This document shows, piece by piece, positions 1-12,546 of a DNA stretch of 64,000 nucleotides. The translations under genes were made by a program, and so were the position numbers. Origin of the DNA: Chiloscyllium plagiosum (taxonomy: Eukaryota); contig NC_057757.1 in NCBI RefSeq assembly GCF_004010195.1, positions 5,566,806 to 5,630,805 on the forward strand. Direction: 5' to 3'. The notes under the pieces were generated by a model, which searched no databases, was not told where the DNA came from, and saw only the letters and a program-made list of their open reading frames with translations. Each line of letters begins with the position of its first letter. Position 1 is the stretch's first letter.

Positions 1-1006
1 CTTGTCTGTCCTCAAGTTGTTCAAAATGTCCAACACATCTTCCTTCCTAACAGGTATCTCTTCTAGCTTACCAGTCCATTTCACACTCTCCTCTTCTACA
101 ATACGGTCCCTCTCGTTCGTAAATACTGAAGAGAAGTACTTGTTCAAGACCTCTCCTATCTCTTCCGACTCAATACACAGTCTCCCACTACTGTCCTTGA
201 TTGGACCTACCCTCGTTCTCGTCATTCTCAGGTTTCTCACATACGCATAAAATGCCTTTGGGTTATCCTTGATCCTATCCGCCAGAGATTTTTCATGCCC
301 TCTCTTGGCTCTCCTAATCCCTTTCTTCAGGTCCCTTCTGGCTATCCTGTATCCCTCCACTGCTCTGTCTGAACCCTGTTTCCTCAATCTTATGTAAGCC
401 TCCTTCTTCCTCTTTACAAGACATTCAACCTCCCTCGTCCACCAAGGTTCCCTCACACGACCATCTCTTTCCTGCCTGACAGATGCATTCATATCAAGGA
501 CACGTCGTATCTGTTCCTTGAAAGAGTTCCACATTTCCACGACATCCTTCCCTGACAGCCTATGCTCCCAACTTATGCTCCTCAGGTTCTGTCTTACAGC
601 ATCGTAATTACCCTTTCCCCAATTGTAAAACCTACCCTGTTGCATGCACCTATCTCTCTCCATAACCAAGGTGAAAGTCACAGAATTGTGGTCACCATCA
701 CCAAAATGTTCACCCACTAACAAGCCCACCACTTGTCCCGGTTCATTACCGAGTACCAAATCCAATATGGCCTCCCCTCTGGTTGGACAATCTACATACT
801 GCGTTAGAAAAGCTTCCTGGACACACTGCACAAACACCGCCCCGTCCAATCTACTTGATCTAAAGAGCTTCCAATCAATATTTGGGAAGTTGAAATCGTC
901 CATGACTACTACCCTGTGGCTTCTGCACCTTTCCAAAATCTGTTTCCCAATCTGTTTCTCCACATCTCTGCTGCTATTGGGGGGCCTATAGTAAACACCC
1001 AACAAG
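1..1006 (-). mobile_element. CR1/HER1-type LINE ORF2 fragment (endonuclease and linker), degenerate
   Basis: Minus strand reads CR1-like EN motifs (YYRPP, VVVMDDFNFPNIDW, GDGDHNSVTF); homologous to the CR1 piece near 45200-45560. Confidence 0.8.
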
Positions 1007-1651
1007 GTACTACCTCCAAAAGCAGAGGCTCGGTGAATTAGCGATGGGATATGCAGAGTTATGAGGAGTGGCGGGGGGGGAACAGAGTGAACTTGATGGG
1101 CTGATTGATCTGCTTCCACACTGTAGGAAGAAAGCAGGGTTAACATTTCGAGTGCGGTGATTCTTCATCCGTTGAGCACGGGAGTGAACAGTCATCACTT
1201 GATACCATTGCTGTCATGGGAGTCCCATGTGAATCTGCTTTAAGGCAACTTCCATTACCTCTGGGCAGACCTGAATGGTCCTCTAAGTCCCAGTGTAGCC
1301 AAGAAAGCTTCTGCCCTGTACAATCTTATCACTGTTAACCTCTAAGTCGTCTAATATTCACTCAATATTCTAACTCCACACAACTGCAAATGGGAACATG
1401 GGCGATTAAAGGTATTGGTAGCTCTTATAGACTTAGTGATTTTTCTGTATGTGAAGCCCTCATGTATACAGTTATATCATAACTTGTTTCTGCTTCTTTT
1501 TGTTTTAATTTTGCATATTGCAATTTATCAAACGTCCCCCACGAAGGTCGAAACGCGGTTTTTGTTGCTACTTCCAGTGTTCTCTCCTGCTGGAAGAAAC
1601 TGCTGTAACTACTGAATCTGCTGTTCCACTTTCTGTCACCTCACCCTTTAG

Positions 1652-1791
1652 TTAATCGGATCAAGGAACAGTACAAAGTGTCAGTGCGCATCCCGCCAGA
1701 TAATGAGAAGAGCAATCTGATTCGGATCGAAGGAGAACCACAGGGGGTGCAACTGGCCAAGAAGGAACTACTGGAGATGGCGGTCAGGATG
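1652..1791 (+). CDS. HDLBP: Vigilin (HDLBP-family, multi-KH RNA-binding protein) internal exon: (I)NRIKEQYKVSVRIPPDNEKSNLIRIEGEPQGVQLAKKELLEMAVRM
   Basis: AG at 1650-1651 after a pyrimidine tract, GT at 1792. Translation closely matches the recalled vertebrate vigilin segment INRIKDQYKVSVRIPPD.EKSNLIRIEG and joins in frame to the next exon. Family is secure; orthologue vs paralogue is not. Confidence 0.95.
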
Positions 1792-2489
1792 GTAATTGTA
1801 GCTCCCCATCTCAGTCTTCCCACCTTCATGATGTTGTCACTTTGTTACTGTGTTGGGGGGCAGGTTGGTTTGCACAGTAGGCTGGATGGCTGCTCTGCGG
1901 TGCAGGGTGACGCCAACAGCATGGCTTCGATTCTCGCCTCGGCTGAGGTTACCATTAAGGAAACTCCTTGTCAATGTCTCCCCTCACCCGAGGTGTGGTG
2001 ACCCTCCACCCCTCAGTCTAATAAGAGAGCAACCCTGTAGTCTGGTAGGACTATGGTACCTTCACTTTTACGTTACTGTTGAGATGGCAGTGACTTGAAG
2101 TCCCCCCAGGCGTCCTGTTGCTGTGGCAAACACACTTTGCATGCATTTGGGGCCTGGAGTTATGAATAGGGATGGTAGATGCTCCAATGTTCTTCCTGTC
2201 ACATAACCCACCAGGAATCACTCCTGCTTTTACCATCTGCCGTTAGAAGGGTTTCGCAGTCTGATGTCCAACCTATTTGGTTGGGTTGCCCACAAGTCTT
2301 CCTTGGCCATCAAGTCCTGACTTTGGGCGTAAGTATCTAGAGCAGGTCTTGAACCCACAAAGCTGAGGAACACCTATTTGGTTGGACAATGGTGTCAGGA
2401 GGCAGTGAGTTGAAGTTGAGTTATCTATCAGTCTAGATAGAATTAAATGGTGGGAATGAAAGGCTCAAGTTCTAAAGATAGATTGGGAC

Positions 2490-2872
2490 TTGTATCAGTT
2501 GTAGAGGTTGAGGGGTGACCTGACAGAAGTTTATAAAATCATGAGGGGTATAGATAAGGTGAATGACAAAGATCTTTTCCCTACAGTGGGGAGTTCAAAA
2601 CTAGGGGGCATATTTAAAGGTGCGAGGGGAAGGATTAAAAAGGACACGAGGGGCTACATTGTTTTACATAGAGGGTGGTTTGTGTGTGGAATGAACTGCT
2701 GGAGGAAGTGGTGGATGTGGGTAGAGTTGCTACATTCAACAGACATCTGGATAAGAGAGGATCGAGGGATATGGGTCAAATGCAGGGAAGTGGGGCTAGT
2801 TTAGTTTGGGAACATGGTCGGCCTGGACTGGTTGGACCAAAAGGTCTGTTTCCATGCTGTACGAATCTATAA
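2490..2872 (+). mobile_element. CR1/HER1 LINE 3' end fragment
   Basis: RGDLTEVYKIMRGIDKV C-terminal ORF2 motif followed by the HER1-type 3' tail. Confidence 0.8.
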
Positions 2873-3699
2873 AGGATCACAGGCTTGAATAGGTTTCTCC
2901 AGTCCCTGAGGCTTCTATGATTTGCAACAATAAATAGGTTAGATAGCAATGACAATGAGTCAGCTGCTTGTTCATTAGTCTCCAGGGGAGATCTGTGGGG
3001 TGAATACTTTGGCTAACCACACCCTTTATACGTGAAGTGTTATAGGTGATCTGACATTGCCTTTCAAAATGGAGAGTACCGTTGGTGCTGATGTTACTGG
3101 ATCAGTAATCCAAAGGCTTTGGAGACATGCGTTCAAATCTCACAATTTAAATTCAGCTTGACTAGGAGCCAGGGCGATATCTTTGGACAAGTAATCAGAA
3201 ACCCCCAGGTTCATTCTGTGGGGTCACCAGTTCAAACCCCACCACGACAACCGGTGACATTTCAGTCCGGTTCATAAGTCTGGGAAAGAAAACTGCTTGC
3301 AGTAATGATGCCCAAGATGCAGTCGCTGACTATTGCAAATGACCTTTCGGAAGAAGAACCTTCCCACCCCTACCTGGGTCTGGCCGCACATGTGACTTCC
3401 CTGTGCAGTGATCCAGAATACCTCTCAGTAGGGACATGCAACAGTTATGGCTCTGCCAACAAAGCTCACATCTCATGAAAGAATAAAGAATTTTTTTAAA
3501 TTAAATAAATTGGGAATTAAGACTTGGTCTGAGCAGTGGAGCTACCAGATTGTCAGAGGTATCCATCCGGTACATTAGTATCAGAGAGTCATACAGCACG
3601 GAAACAGACCCTTCGGTCCAACCTGTCCATGTCGAACGTAATCCCAAACTAAAGTCCCACCTGCCTGCACTTGGCCCATACCCCACATGACCCACATTT

Positions 3700-4008
3700 G
3701 AGGTGGCATAGTGGCTCAGTGGTTAACACTGCTGCCTCATAGCACCAGGGACCAGGGTTCAATTCCTGCCTCTGTGTGGAGTTTACACATTCTCCCCGTG
3801 TCTGCGTAGGTTTCCTCCAAGTGCTCCAATTTCCTCCCACAATTCAAAGACGTGCAGGTCAAGTGAATTGGCTGTGCTAAATTGACCGTAGTGTTAGGTG
3901 CATTAGTCGGGTAATTATAGTGTCTGGGTGGGTTGCTGTTTGGAGGGTTGGTGTGGACTTGTCGAACCAAAGGGCTTATTTCCATACTGTAGGGAATTTA
4001 ACCTAATA
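3700..4008 (+). mobile_element. HE1-type V-SINE
   Basis: tRNA-like head (gtggctcagtggtt...gggttcaattcc), V-domain, HER1-like tail. Confidence 0.85.
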
Positions 4009-4299
4009 AATCCCTCCAACTCTTCCTATTCATGTACAAAGTCCTTTATCTGCTGTCCTTCCCTGGTCTGGCCTACATGTTACTCCAGACCTCTGAAATG
4101 GCCACTCAGTTGTGTTCAAAAAGCGGCTCACCACCACCTCGAGAGACATTAACGCTGTGCTGGCCCTCGTCCCCAAGAGTTGAATCAAGACCTGTCACCT
4201 GAGCCGTCTGAGAGTGCCAAAGGCTGTTTGCTGCCTTCACGCAGCTTTTATGTGGTGGTGCGTTTCCAGTGTATGTTTTCCTTTCTCTGTCGCTGTCAG

Positions 4300-4404
4300 G
4301 AGAACGAACGGACCAAGGACTTGATCATTGAGCAGCGTTTACACCGATCCATCATCGGCCAGAAGGGGGAGAAGATCAAAGAAGTTCGCGACAAATTCCC
4401 TGAG
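4300..4404 (+). CDS. HDLBP: Vigilin exon: ENERTKDLIIEQRLHRSIIGQKGEKIKEVRDKFPE (KH GxxG loop)
   Basis: tgtcAG acceptor, GTaaaa donor, 105 bp phase 0/0, IIGQKG KH motif; continues the previous exon. Confidence 0.95.
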
Positions 4405-5109
4405 GTAAAAGCAATCTTCCACTACCCACCTACCCACCCACCATCCGCGGAGACGTAGGCGGCAAAAAAGGAGTCCACTCGGCCCGTTAGGTCTTTGCGC
4501 GAGCTTCCCAATTAGTCCCTCACTCTCTGATTTTTTTCCCCATAGCCTTGAAAATGTTTTCTTTTCAAATTCTTACCCATTTCCTCTTTTGATAGTTGCT
4601 GTTAAATCAGCTTCCGCACCCCGTGGTGAAGACCTGAGCATCTCGCTGTATTAAAAAAATGCTTTCCACAACTCTCCTTGGTTCCTTCAGCAATTATTTT
4701 ATAATGCCTTCTTGTCACCCAGTCAGTGGAAAGCATTTCTGTCTGTCAAACGCTTTCAAAGCCCTTTCTTGTTTTGAACACCTCTGTCACATCTCCTTTG
4801 ATCTTCTGTATTTTAAAGTGAGCAATCCTAGCTTCTCAATTTCTCTGAGTAGGTTAGAGTCACATTTACTGACTGACACAATTCATGTGGGCTAGGCTTG
4901 TATTAGATAGCTTGAGTGTACTGTAGTTGGCTGAGGGCTGATTTAACTGAGGTGTTGAAGATATTTAAACAGTTTAATATGGCCAGTTGAGAGGAAACGA
5001 GGGAATCACAGTAGGAGCTTAGAATTGGAGCCAGGCGGGTTCGGAGTGATGCTGAGAGTCACTTGTTCAAGCAGAGCAGAAGGGAAATCTGAATCGCAAA
5101 CTGTCTCAA

Positions 5110-5460
5110 CCACGATGGCTCAATGGTTAGCTCTGCTGCCTCACATTGCTAGGGACCCGGGTTCCAGCCTCAGGCGACTGTCTGTGTTGAGTTCACACAT
5201 TGTCACTGTGTCTGTGTGGGTTTCCTCTGGGTGCTCTGGTTCCCCCCAACAGTCCAAAGATGCGCAGATTAGGGTGGATTGGCCATGGGAAATTGCTCCG
5301 TTGTGTCCAGGGATGTGCAGGCTAGATGGGTTAGCCAGGGGAATTGTGTGGTTACATCGATAGGATACGGGGGGTTGTGTCTGGGTGGGATGCTCTTTAG
5401 AGGGTTGCTGTAGATTCGATGGGCTGAATGGCCTGCTTCACACTGGAGGCATTCTATGAA
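5110..5460 (+). mobile_element. HE1-type V-SINE (diverged)
   Basis: Same head/V-domain/tail layout as 55331-55648. Confidence 0.8.
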
Positions 5461-5699
5461 AACCATGATATACTTTAATTGCAGAACTTGCTTAAGAGGC
5501 TGAATGTTTTTTTTTCCCTGGTCCTAATGTTAACAGGCTTCAGGAGCTGAATAGTCTCATCCTGATGTTAAGTTTGAGGCACTGAATAACATCCCTGTTT
5601 CTATGTAATATACTGAAGGCATCCTCCTTTTCCTGTGTAGCAGACTGGAATGGTTGAATGACCTATTATTGAGTAACAGGAAATTGCCTCCTCTACTCC

Positions 5700-6375
5700 G
5701 AATGAACAGGCTAGATGGGCTGCATGGTCTTTCCAGTTCCTGTGTAACAGGCTAGATGGTCTGAATGGTCTCCTCCTGTATCTCTATAACAGGTCTCTCC
5801 TGTCCCCGTGTAACAGGCTAGATCGGCTGAATGGTCTCCTCCTGTCCCTGTGTAACAGGCTAGATGGGCTGAATGGTCTCCTCCTGTCCCTGTGTAACAG
5901 GCTAGATGGGCTGAATGGTCTCTCCTGTCCCTGTGTAACAGGCTAGATGGGCTGAATGGTCTCCTGTCCCTGTGTAACAGGCTGGATGGGTTGAATGGTC
6001 TCTCTTGTCCCTGTGTAACAGGCTAGATGGGCTGAATGGTCTCTCTTGTCTGTGTAACAGGCTAGATGGGCTGAATGGTCTCCTTCTGTTCCTGTGTAAT
6101 AGGCTGGATGGGCTGAATGGTCTCCTGTTCCTGTGTTGGTCTCCTCCTGTCCCTGTGTAACAGGCTAGATGGGCTGAATGGTCTCCCCCTGTCCCTGTAT
6201 AACAGACTAGATGGGCTGAATGGTCTCCTCCTGTCCCTGTGTAACAGGCTAGATGGGCTGAATGGTCTCCCCCTGTCCCTGTATAACAGGCTAGATGGTC
6301 TGAATGGTCTCCTCCTGTCCCTGTGTAACAGGCTAGATGGGCTGAATGGTCTGCTTTTCCTGTGTAACAGGCGGA
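5700..6375 (+). repeat. ~42-bp minisatellite (ctgtgtaacaggctagatgggctgaatggtctcctcctgtcc), ~15 copies
   Basis: Visible tandem units; unit resembles a CR1 3' tail (gggctgaatggcctcctcctg). Confidence 0.9.
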
Positions 6376-6488
6376 AGGGATGAGTGGCCATTTCATTCCA
6401 ATTTTCCCATGTTGACTGTTTCCAGAGTAACTAACCATTCTGGTTTCCTAAGCCTTCAAAGAAAATTGTAGCTTTTTTCTCAATCTAG

Positions 6489-6602
6489 GTAATCATCAAC
6501 TTCCCAGATCCTGTGCAGAAAAGTGACATTGTCCAGCTGCGCGGCCCCAAGACCGAGGTGGAGAAATGTGGGAAGTTTCTGCAGAAAGTCATCGCTGACT
6601 TG
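6489..6602 (+). CDS. HDLBP: Vigilin exon: VIINFPDPVQKSDIVQLRGPKTEVEKCGKFLQKVIADL
   Basis: tctAG acceptor, GTAAGT donor, 114 bp phase 0/0, colinear with vigilin. Confidence 0.95.
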
Positions 6603-6950
6603 GTAAGTGATGGTGGCAGTCCGGCCTGCTCAGTTCCCTGGTGCGTATTACTGTGGTACCTGGTACAATTGATTGGCACTCCTGGGCAGACTTAAACTGG
6701 TGTCTTTATACAGAACCCTTTGGGTTTTTCTTGCAATCTAGTGCCCGCTATCATAATCCTTACACTTCTCCCCTCCCATCCCTTCTCAGGCTGGTTGTGT
6801 AGAAAGGCCCTGAAATCCTGCTTGCATCCAGTGCTTCTGACACTTGAAAAGTAATGTGCTCATGGACGCTTCCCACAACAAAGCAGTGGAGTACATGAAG
6901 TTTTGTAGGCAGTTTATTAACATTCATATGTTACAGATGACTATATAATA

Positions 6951-7150
6951 TGTTAGGATACGGGGTGAACCCCTCTGCTAATTTAAGCCAGCAACACAGA
7001 AAAGATTCACCCCGTGCTGTAATCTGTTAAAATTCGAGAGGGAAAGAATCATCCCCAAAAGTCATTATGTAAAGTAACAATTAACAACTTTATTTTTAAA
7101 AGTCTAACAGAGAATAATTAACTAACAACTATTTATAACTCCTTTCTCTC
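6951..7150 (-). mobile_element. Truncated LTR-like fragment related to 22249-23006
   Basis: Begins TGTTA and shares the ccctctgct...cacaga...ctgtaa.ctgtt...aaagtaa.aattaaca..tttatt layout with the 22249 element. Confidence 0.5.
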
Positions 7151-7429
7151 GGAGCATAATTAGGGCTCAGCTTTGATACTCAGTGAAGCGGCCATGCATG
7201 GGAACTCACAACAGAGACGGAGAAATGAGCAGGGTGGGGATAGGGCCAGATGTCTCCTGAATCTTGTTCCTGGTGTGGAATCACAGTCTTGGGGGAGGAG
7301 AAGGGATGAATCCTGCAACCCCATTCACATAGAGTCCATCCAGTCCATACTGACCAAGTTTTCCGAATTAAAATTATCCCATTTGTCTCCATTTGGCCCA
7401 TATCCCTCTAAACTTTTCCTATTCATGAT

Positions 7430-7662
7430 GTGAAGGTGCCGGTGTTGGACTGGCATGGACAAAGTTAAAAATCATACAAGCCCAGGTTATAGTCCAACAG
7501 ATTTATTTGTAAGTACAAGCTTTCGAAGTGCTGCTCTGTCATCAGGTAGCTAGTGGTGTCCTGTGATCTTGCCCCACTAGTTACCTGACAAAGGAGCGAT
7601 GCTCCAAAAGCTTGTACTTCCAAATAAACCTTTGGACTATAACCTGGTATTGTGTGATTTTT
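7430..7662. mobile_element. Fold-back Penelope-like terminal fragment with two opposed degenerate hammerhead motifs
   Basis: Inverted arms (aaaatca..ccaggttatagtccaa..tttattt..aagtacaagcttt / aaagcttgtactt..aaataaa..ttggactataacctgg..tgattttt); CTGATGA...GAAAGCTT on the - strand. Confidence 0.7.
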
Positions 7663-7667
7663 AAAAT

Positions 7668-7999
7668 TAGATTAGATTCCCGACAGTATGGAAACAGGCC
7701 CTTCAGCCCAGCAAGTCCACACCAACCCTTCGAAGAGTAACCCACCCAGATCGATTCCCCCACCCTATATTTACCCCTGACTATTGCACTAACACTATGG
7801 GGCAATTTAGCACAGCCAATCCACCCTAATCTACACACCTTTGGACTGTGGGAGGAAACCAGAGCACCCGGAGGAAACCCACGCAGACACGGGGAGAATG
7901 TGCAGACTCCACACAGACAGTTGACCGAGGCTGGAATCAAACCTGGGTCCCTAGTGCTGTGAGGCAGCAGTGCTAACAACTGAGCCACTGTGCCACCCT
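7668..7999 (-). mobile_element. HE1-type V-SINE
   Basis: Full-length reverse copy with (ttaga)n tail. Confidence 0.9.
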
Positions 8000-8631
8000 A
8001 TTTCCTGTCCATGTAACTGTCCAAATGTTTTTCACGTGTTGTAACTGTACCTGCATCTACCACTTCCTGTGGCAGTTCATTCCATAACATGAACCACCTT
8101 TGCCCCTCAGGTCCCTTTTAAAGCTTATATTTCTGCGACTCGCTTTGTGTCACAGCCCACAATTTGGGAGCCACTAGGCTGTGTGTTTCCTGGGAACTCT
8201 CTGGGAATTATGGAAGCGAAAAACCAGGAAGATTATGTTACCTTTGTGTCAAACCTTGGGTTGGCTCTCACTGGGAAAACTGTGTGCAGCAATGCTTTTC
8301 ATTTGCAAAAACCGTCTGGAGGCAGTGGGAGGTGCAACACTGATTCACAAGAAGGATAGCAGAATGCAGAAGGTGCAGTTATCAGGGAAATCTGAATGGG
8401 CTGTGGCTTTTTTCCCATCAAGCTTCTTAACACCACATAAACTAAGAGCAAAATATTACAGATATGAAAGCTACAGTTGCAACATTTGACTGTGAAGGAT
8501 TTAGAGGGATACGGGCCAAATGGGACTAGATTAATTTAGGATATCTAGTCGGCATGGACAAGTTAGACCAAAGGGTCTGTTTCTGTACTGTATGCTGTAG
8601 AATACTGGAAATACTCAGAAGATTGGGAGTC

Positions 8632-9080
8632 TTTGATTTGATTTATTATGTCACATGTACCTCGGTACAGTGAAAAGTTTTGTTTTGCATGCAGTAAGGC
8701 AGCTCATACCGTACATAATGCATTACGGTAATAGGACAGAGCAAGTAATACTATGTTCCAGCTGCAGAGAAGGTGCTCAAAGAGCGAGGTCAACATTAAA
8801 TTTGAAATTTGAGAGGTCCATCCAGAATCTGATAGCAGCGGGGTAGAAATTGTTCTTTAGCCTGTTTAAGCTTTTAATGTGTTTAAGCTTTTGTATTTTC
8901 TGCCCGATGGAAGAGGTTGGAAGAGATCATAACGGGGTGGGGGGGTCTTTGATGATGTTGGCTGCCTACCTGAGGCAGCGGAATGTACAGATGGAGTCAA
9001 TAGATGGAAGGTTGGCTTGTGTGAGCTCTGTTCATGGCTCTCTGTAGTTTCTTACAGACTTGGGCAGAGCAGTTGCCGTA
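8632..9080 (-). mobile_element. LINE 3'-end fragment (L2/Rex-like, family uncertain); related copy at 48690-48926
   Basis: (tttga)n tail followed by tacagtgaaaag...gagcgaggtcaacattaaatt...gagaggtccat, shared between both loci. Confidence 0.55.
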
Positions 9081-9298
9081 CAATTCTGAGGACAGAAACA
9101 GAATGAATATTTCTGTCCTGATGAGAGGTCCCCAACCTGAATGATCAACTTTATTTCTATCTCTCTGTCTCTCCCTGGGATAACTCGTGTAGTGTGAGCG
9201 CTTCTGAAAGTGCATCTCAAACAGTGTCATTCCCCACCTTGAATAGAAGTTCACCTTCTGAGCCATTTTTCTTTTCTCTTGATCTTTGCCACCCCCAG

Positions 9299-9385
9299 AT
9301 TGAGAACAGCTACTCAGTCTCCATCCCCATCTTCAAGCAGTTCCACAAGAACATAATCGGCAAAGGAGGAGCCAACATCAAAAAG
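9299..9385 (+). CDS. HDLBP: Vigilin exon: IENSYSVSIPIFKQFHKNIIGKGGANIKK
   Basis: Polypyrimidine tract plus cAG, GTacaa donor, 87 bp, canonical KH motif IIGKGGANIK. Confidence 0.95.
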
Positions 9386-9734
9386 GTACAAACCTGAGAG
9401 AGGGGTGCGCCGGGTTTCTCCTGGGGGCTGACTGGATTGCTGTGCAGAGAGCTAGCATGGCCTCAATAGGCCGAATCGTCTCTTTTGGTACTGTCAATGA
9501 CTCGATGACCTGTAGGCTTTTATTCACAGGTATACAAAGTGAATGTATACACCTCCCAGCCCAACAATCAATTTTGGGCTGTTCCCATGCATAGGAGCTC
9601 AGTGGACCCCTGGTTAATGCCCATCATCTGAATATAATTAACATCTAAAAGCACGTTCACCACGCAGGCTGCAGTATTCAGAGAAAAGATCTGAGAGTCC
9701 CCCCATTGAGTGCAACTAAGGATGGGGAATAAAT

Positions 9735-10122
9735 AGAACCCCGACAGTGTGGAAGCCGGCCATTCAGCCCATCAAGTCAGCACCAACCCTCTGAGGGACA
9801 TTCCACCCAGACCCACTCCTTCCCTATAACCCTGCATTTCCCATGGCTAATCCAACTAGCCTGCGCAATACAGGACACTATGGGCAATTTAGCATGGCCA
9901 ATCCACCTAACCTGCACAAAATGGGATACGACAGGGCAATTTAGCATGGCCGATCCACCTAACCTCCACATCTTTGGACTGTGGAGCACCCGGAAGCAAC
10001 ATACGCAGACACGGGGGAGAACAAGCAAACTCCACACAGATATGTCACCCGAAGGTGGAATCGAACCCAGGTCCCTGGTGCTGCAGGGCAGCAGTGCCAA
10101 CCGCTGAGCCACTGTGCCACCC
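9735..10122 (-). mobile_element. HE1-type V-SINE with internal duplication
   Basis: Reverse SINE with the ggcaatttagcatggcc.atccacctaacct segment present twice. Confidence 0.85.
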
Positions 10123-10691
10123 CACGTTCAATCAAGAACAGAAGTTGCTGGCAAAACTCAGCAGGTCTGGCAACATCTGTGGAGTGAATGCAGAGTTAAC
10201 CTTTCAAATCCGGCAAGCCTTCTTCAGTTCAGTTTTCACAGCAATTTCTGATTTAGTTTCTGATTTCCAGCATCCACAGTTCTTTGGGTTTTACTTTGTC
10301 TGGGAATGCGCTCGTTTGGTGATGTTTTTCTTCTGAGAGAAGAAATTAACGTAGGGTGGGTTATTTGCCTCATGCCTTCCCTACCCGAGGGGCAGTGAAG
10401 TTTTTTGAAATGCTGCACCTGGCCTTTACACAGGCCGGAGACGAATCCTGTTTCGTGGTCTGTGCAGCTCCAATTACTCAACCCCCATTGATTCGTTCCT
10501 AAAGCCACCGAGTTGTGTTTTCTCTCTTTTGAATCTCTCACGTTAGCAGAAGAAGAGAAAAACAGAAGCTGTGATGGAAAATATTTGCTTTCTAGAGAGT
10601 AGAACTAAAAAAAAAATCCAGCCCCTTGAGGATTGAAAAGAGTTGTTTTGATATGTTTAAGGGAAAGCTCTGTAAGATTATGCTAAGAATG

Positions 10692-10906
10692 CTCGAGACA
10701 AAAAAAAAACCGCAGATGTGGGAATCCAAGCAGGAGGCTGGGAGGACACAGCAAGGCAGGCAGCATCAGGAGGTGGAGAACCTGAGAGGGGTGCGCTGGG
10801 TTTCGGGTGGACAGGGTTACAGCCGAAACGTCGGCTTCTCCACCTACTGATGCTGCCTGACTTGTTGTGTTCTCCCACCCTCCTACTTGTCTACCTTTGA
10901 TGCTCC
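10692..10906. mobile_element. Fold-back Penelope-like insertion with 13-bp target duplication
   Basis: Inverted arms (acacagcaaggcaggcagcatcaggaggtggagaa / ttctccacctactgatgctgcctgacttgttgtgt) flanked by tatgctaagaatg at 10679-10691 and 10907-10919. Confidence 0.75.
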
Positions 10907-11044
10907 TATGCTAAGAATGTGACGACAGGGTGAGATTGATGAACGATGGACAGAGGCTCGCGAGTTGAACCGAGCATTTTCCACTGTAGCTATGGAGCAT
11001 TTGAGTTATTCTGGTGCCAGTGACTAGACTCAACCAATCTTAAC

Positions 11045-11845
11045 TGGGCAGAAGTGGGTACTGGAGAAGCAGGTGCTGGAGATTAGAGTCAAGATTAGAA
11101 TGGCGCTGGAAAAGCACAGCAGGTCAGGCAGCATCCGAGGATCTGGAAAGTCAACATTTCGGCCAAAAGCCCTTCATCTGTAGTACCCACTTCTGCCTGG
11201 GATTTTAACCTCACTGCGAATCCTCTTCCAAGGATGGCGAAAGTGAGAACCGCAGATGCTGGAGATCAGAGTCTACAGTAGAGTTGTCCTGGAAAAGCAC
11301 AACAGGTCAGGCAGCATCTGAGGAGCAGGAAAATCGACGTTTCGGGCAAAAGTGCTTCATCAGGAATAAGGCTGGGAGCCTCCAGGGTGGAAAGATAAAT
11401 GGGAGGGGGAGTGGGGCTGGAGAGAAGGTAGCTAAGAATACAATAGCTGGATGGAGGTGGGGGTAAAGGTGATAGGTCAGAGAGGAGGGTGGAGCGGATA
11501 GGTGAGAAGGAAGATTGACAGGTGGGACAGGTCATGGGGGCGGTGCTGAGCGGGAAGGTTGGAACGGGGGTAAGGGGGGGGGGAGGGGAAATGAGGAAAC
11601 TGGTGAAGTCCACATTGATGCCCTGGGGTTGAAGTGTTCTGGGGCAGAAGATGAGGTGTTCTTCTTCCAGGTGTCGGGTGGTATGGGAGTGGCGGTGGAG
11701 GCGGCCCAGGACCTGCATGTTCTCGGCAGGGTTGGCGGTGGGGGGGGGAGTTGAAATGTTTGGCCATGGGGCGGCGGGGTTGATTGGTGTGGGTCCTTGA
11801 AGAGGTTCTCCTTGTCTCTTTACAACAATCTTACCTGGGCCTTTG
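11045..11845 (-). mobile_element. Penelope-like element, partial tandem, with GIY-YIG C-terminal remnant
   Basis: Minus-strand AKHFNSP..MQVLG..LEEEHLIF..LQPQGINVDF, repeated terminal module and HHR core at 11336-11363. Confidence 0.85.
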
Positions 11846-11954
11846 CAGAAAAAGATTCTGATGTTGGCATGCGGGTGAGGGTAGGGGGGGGGGGGGGCAG
11901 TGCGCCAGGCACCGTGGCACTCCCCATTCGGTGAATGGTTCTGGCATTATCAGG

Positions 11955-12122
11955 GAGGAGAGAGTGAGGACTGCAGATGCTGGAGATCAGTGTCGAGAGT
12001 GTGGTGCTGGAAAAGCACAGCAGGTCAAAAATTCCTGATGAAGGGTTTATGCCTGAAACGTCGATTTTCCTGCTCCTCGGATGCTGCCTGACCTGCTGTG
12101 CTTTTCCAACACCACACTCTCT
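11955..12122. mobile_element. Fold-back Penelope terminal insertion with HHR core
   Basis: agagtgtggtgctggaaaagcacagcaggtca / tgacctgctgtgcttttccaacaccacactct inverted arms, CTGATGA...GAAACGTC at 12035-12062, ctggcattat repeated on both flanks. Confidence 0.8.
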
Positions 12123-12249
12123 ATACTGGCATTATTATCAGATTATGTTCAAGACAGAGATCAATAGATTTCCAAATATTGAAAGTGTCAAGGGAGAGTG
12201 TAGGAAGAGGGTGTTCAAGTAGAAGACTAGCCATGATTTTTTGTTTTAT

Positions 12250-12546
12250 ATAGAATCCCTACAGTGTGGAAGCAGGCCATCCAGCCCATCGAGTCAACAC
12301 CGCCCCTCCAGACCCCTACCCAATATTCCTCATGGCTAATCCACCTAGCCTGCACATTTCTGGACACCATAGTATGGTCAATCCACTCTAGCCTGCACAC
12401 CTTTGGAACTGTGGGAGGAAACCGGAGCAAACTCACACAGACACAGGGAAGAACATGCAAGCTCTGCACAAGGCAGTCGCCCGAGAGTGGAATCGAACCC
12501 AGGTCCCTGGTGCCATGAGGCAGCAGTGCTTACCACTGAGCCACCG
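12250..12546 (-). mobile_element. HE1-type V-SINE
   Basis: Reverse SINE with head, V-domain and tail. Confidence 0.85.

Noticed and set aside
5902..6438. 178-aa repetitive ORF (ACYTGTGGDHSAHL)n
   Set aside because: Translation of a 42-bp minisatellite (multiple of 3), antisense in a vigilin intron, with no splice or homology support.
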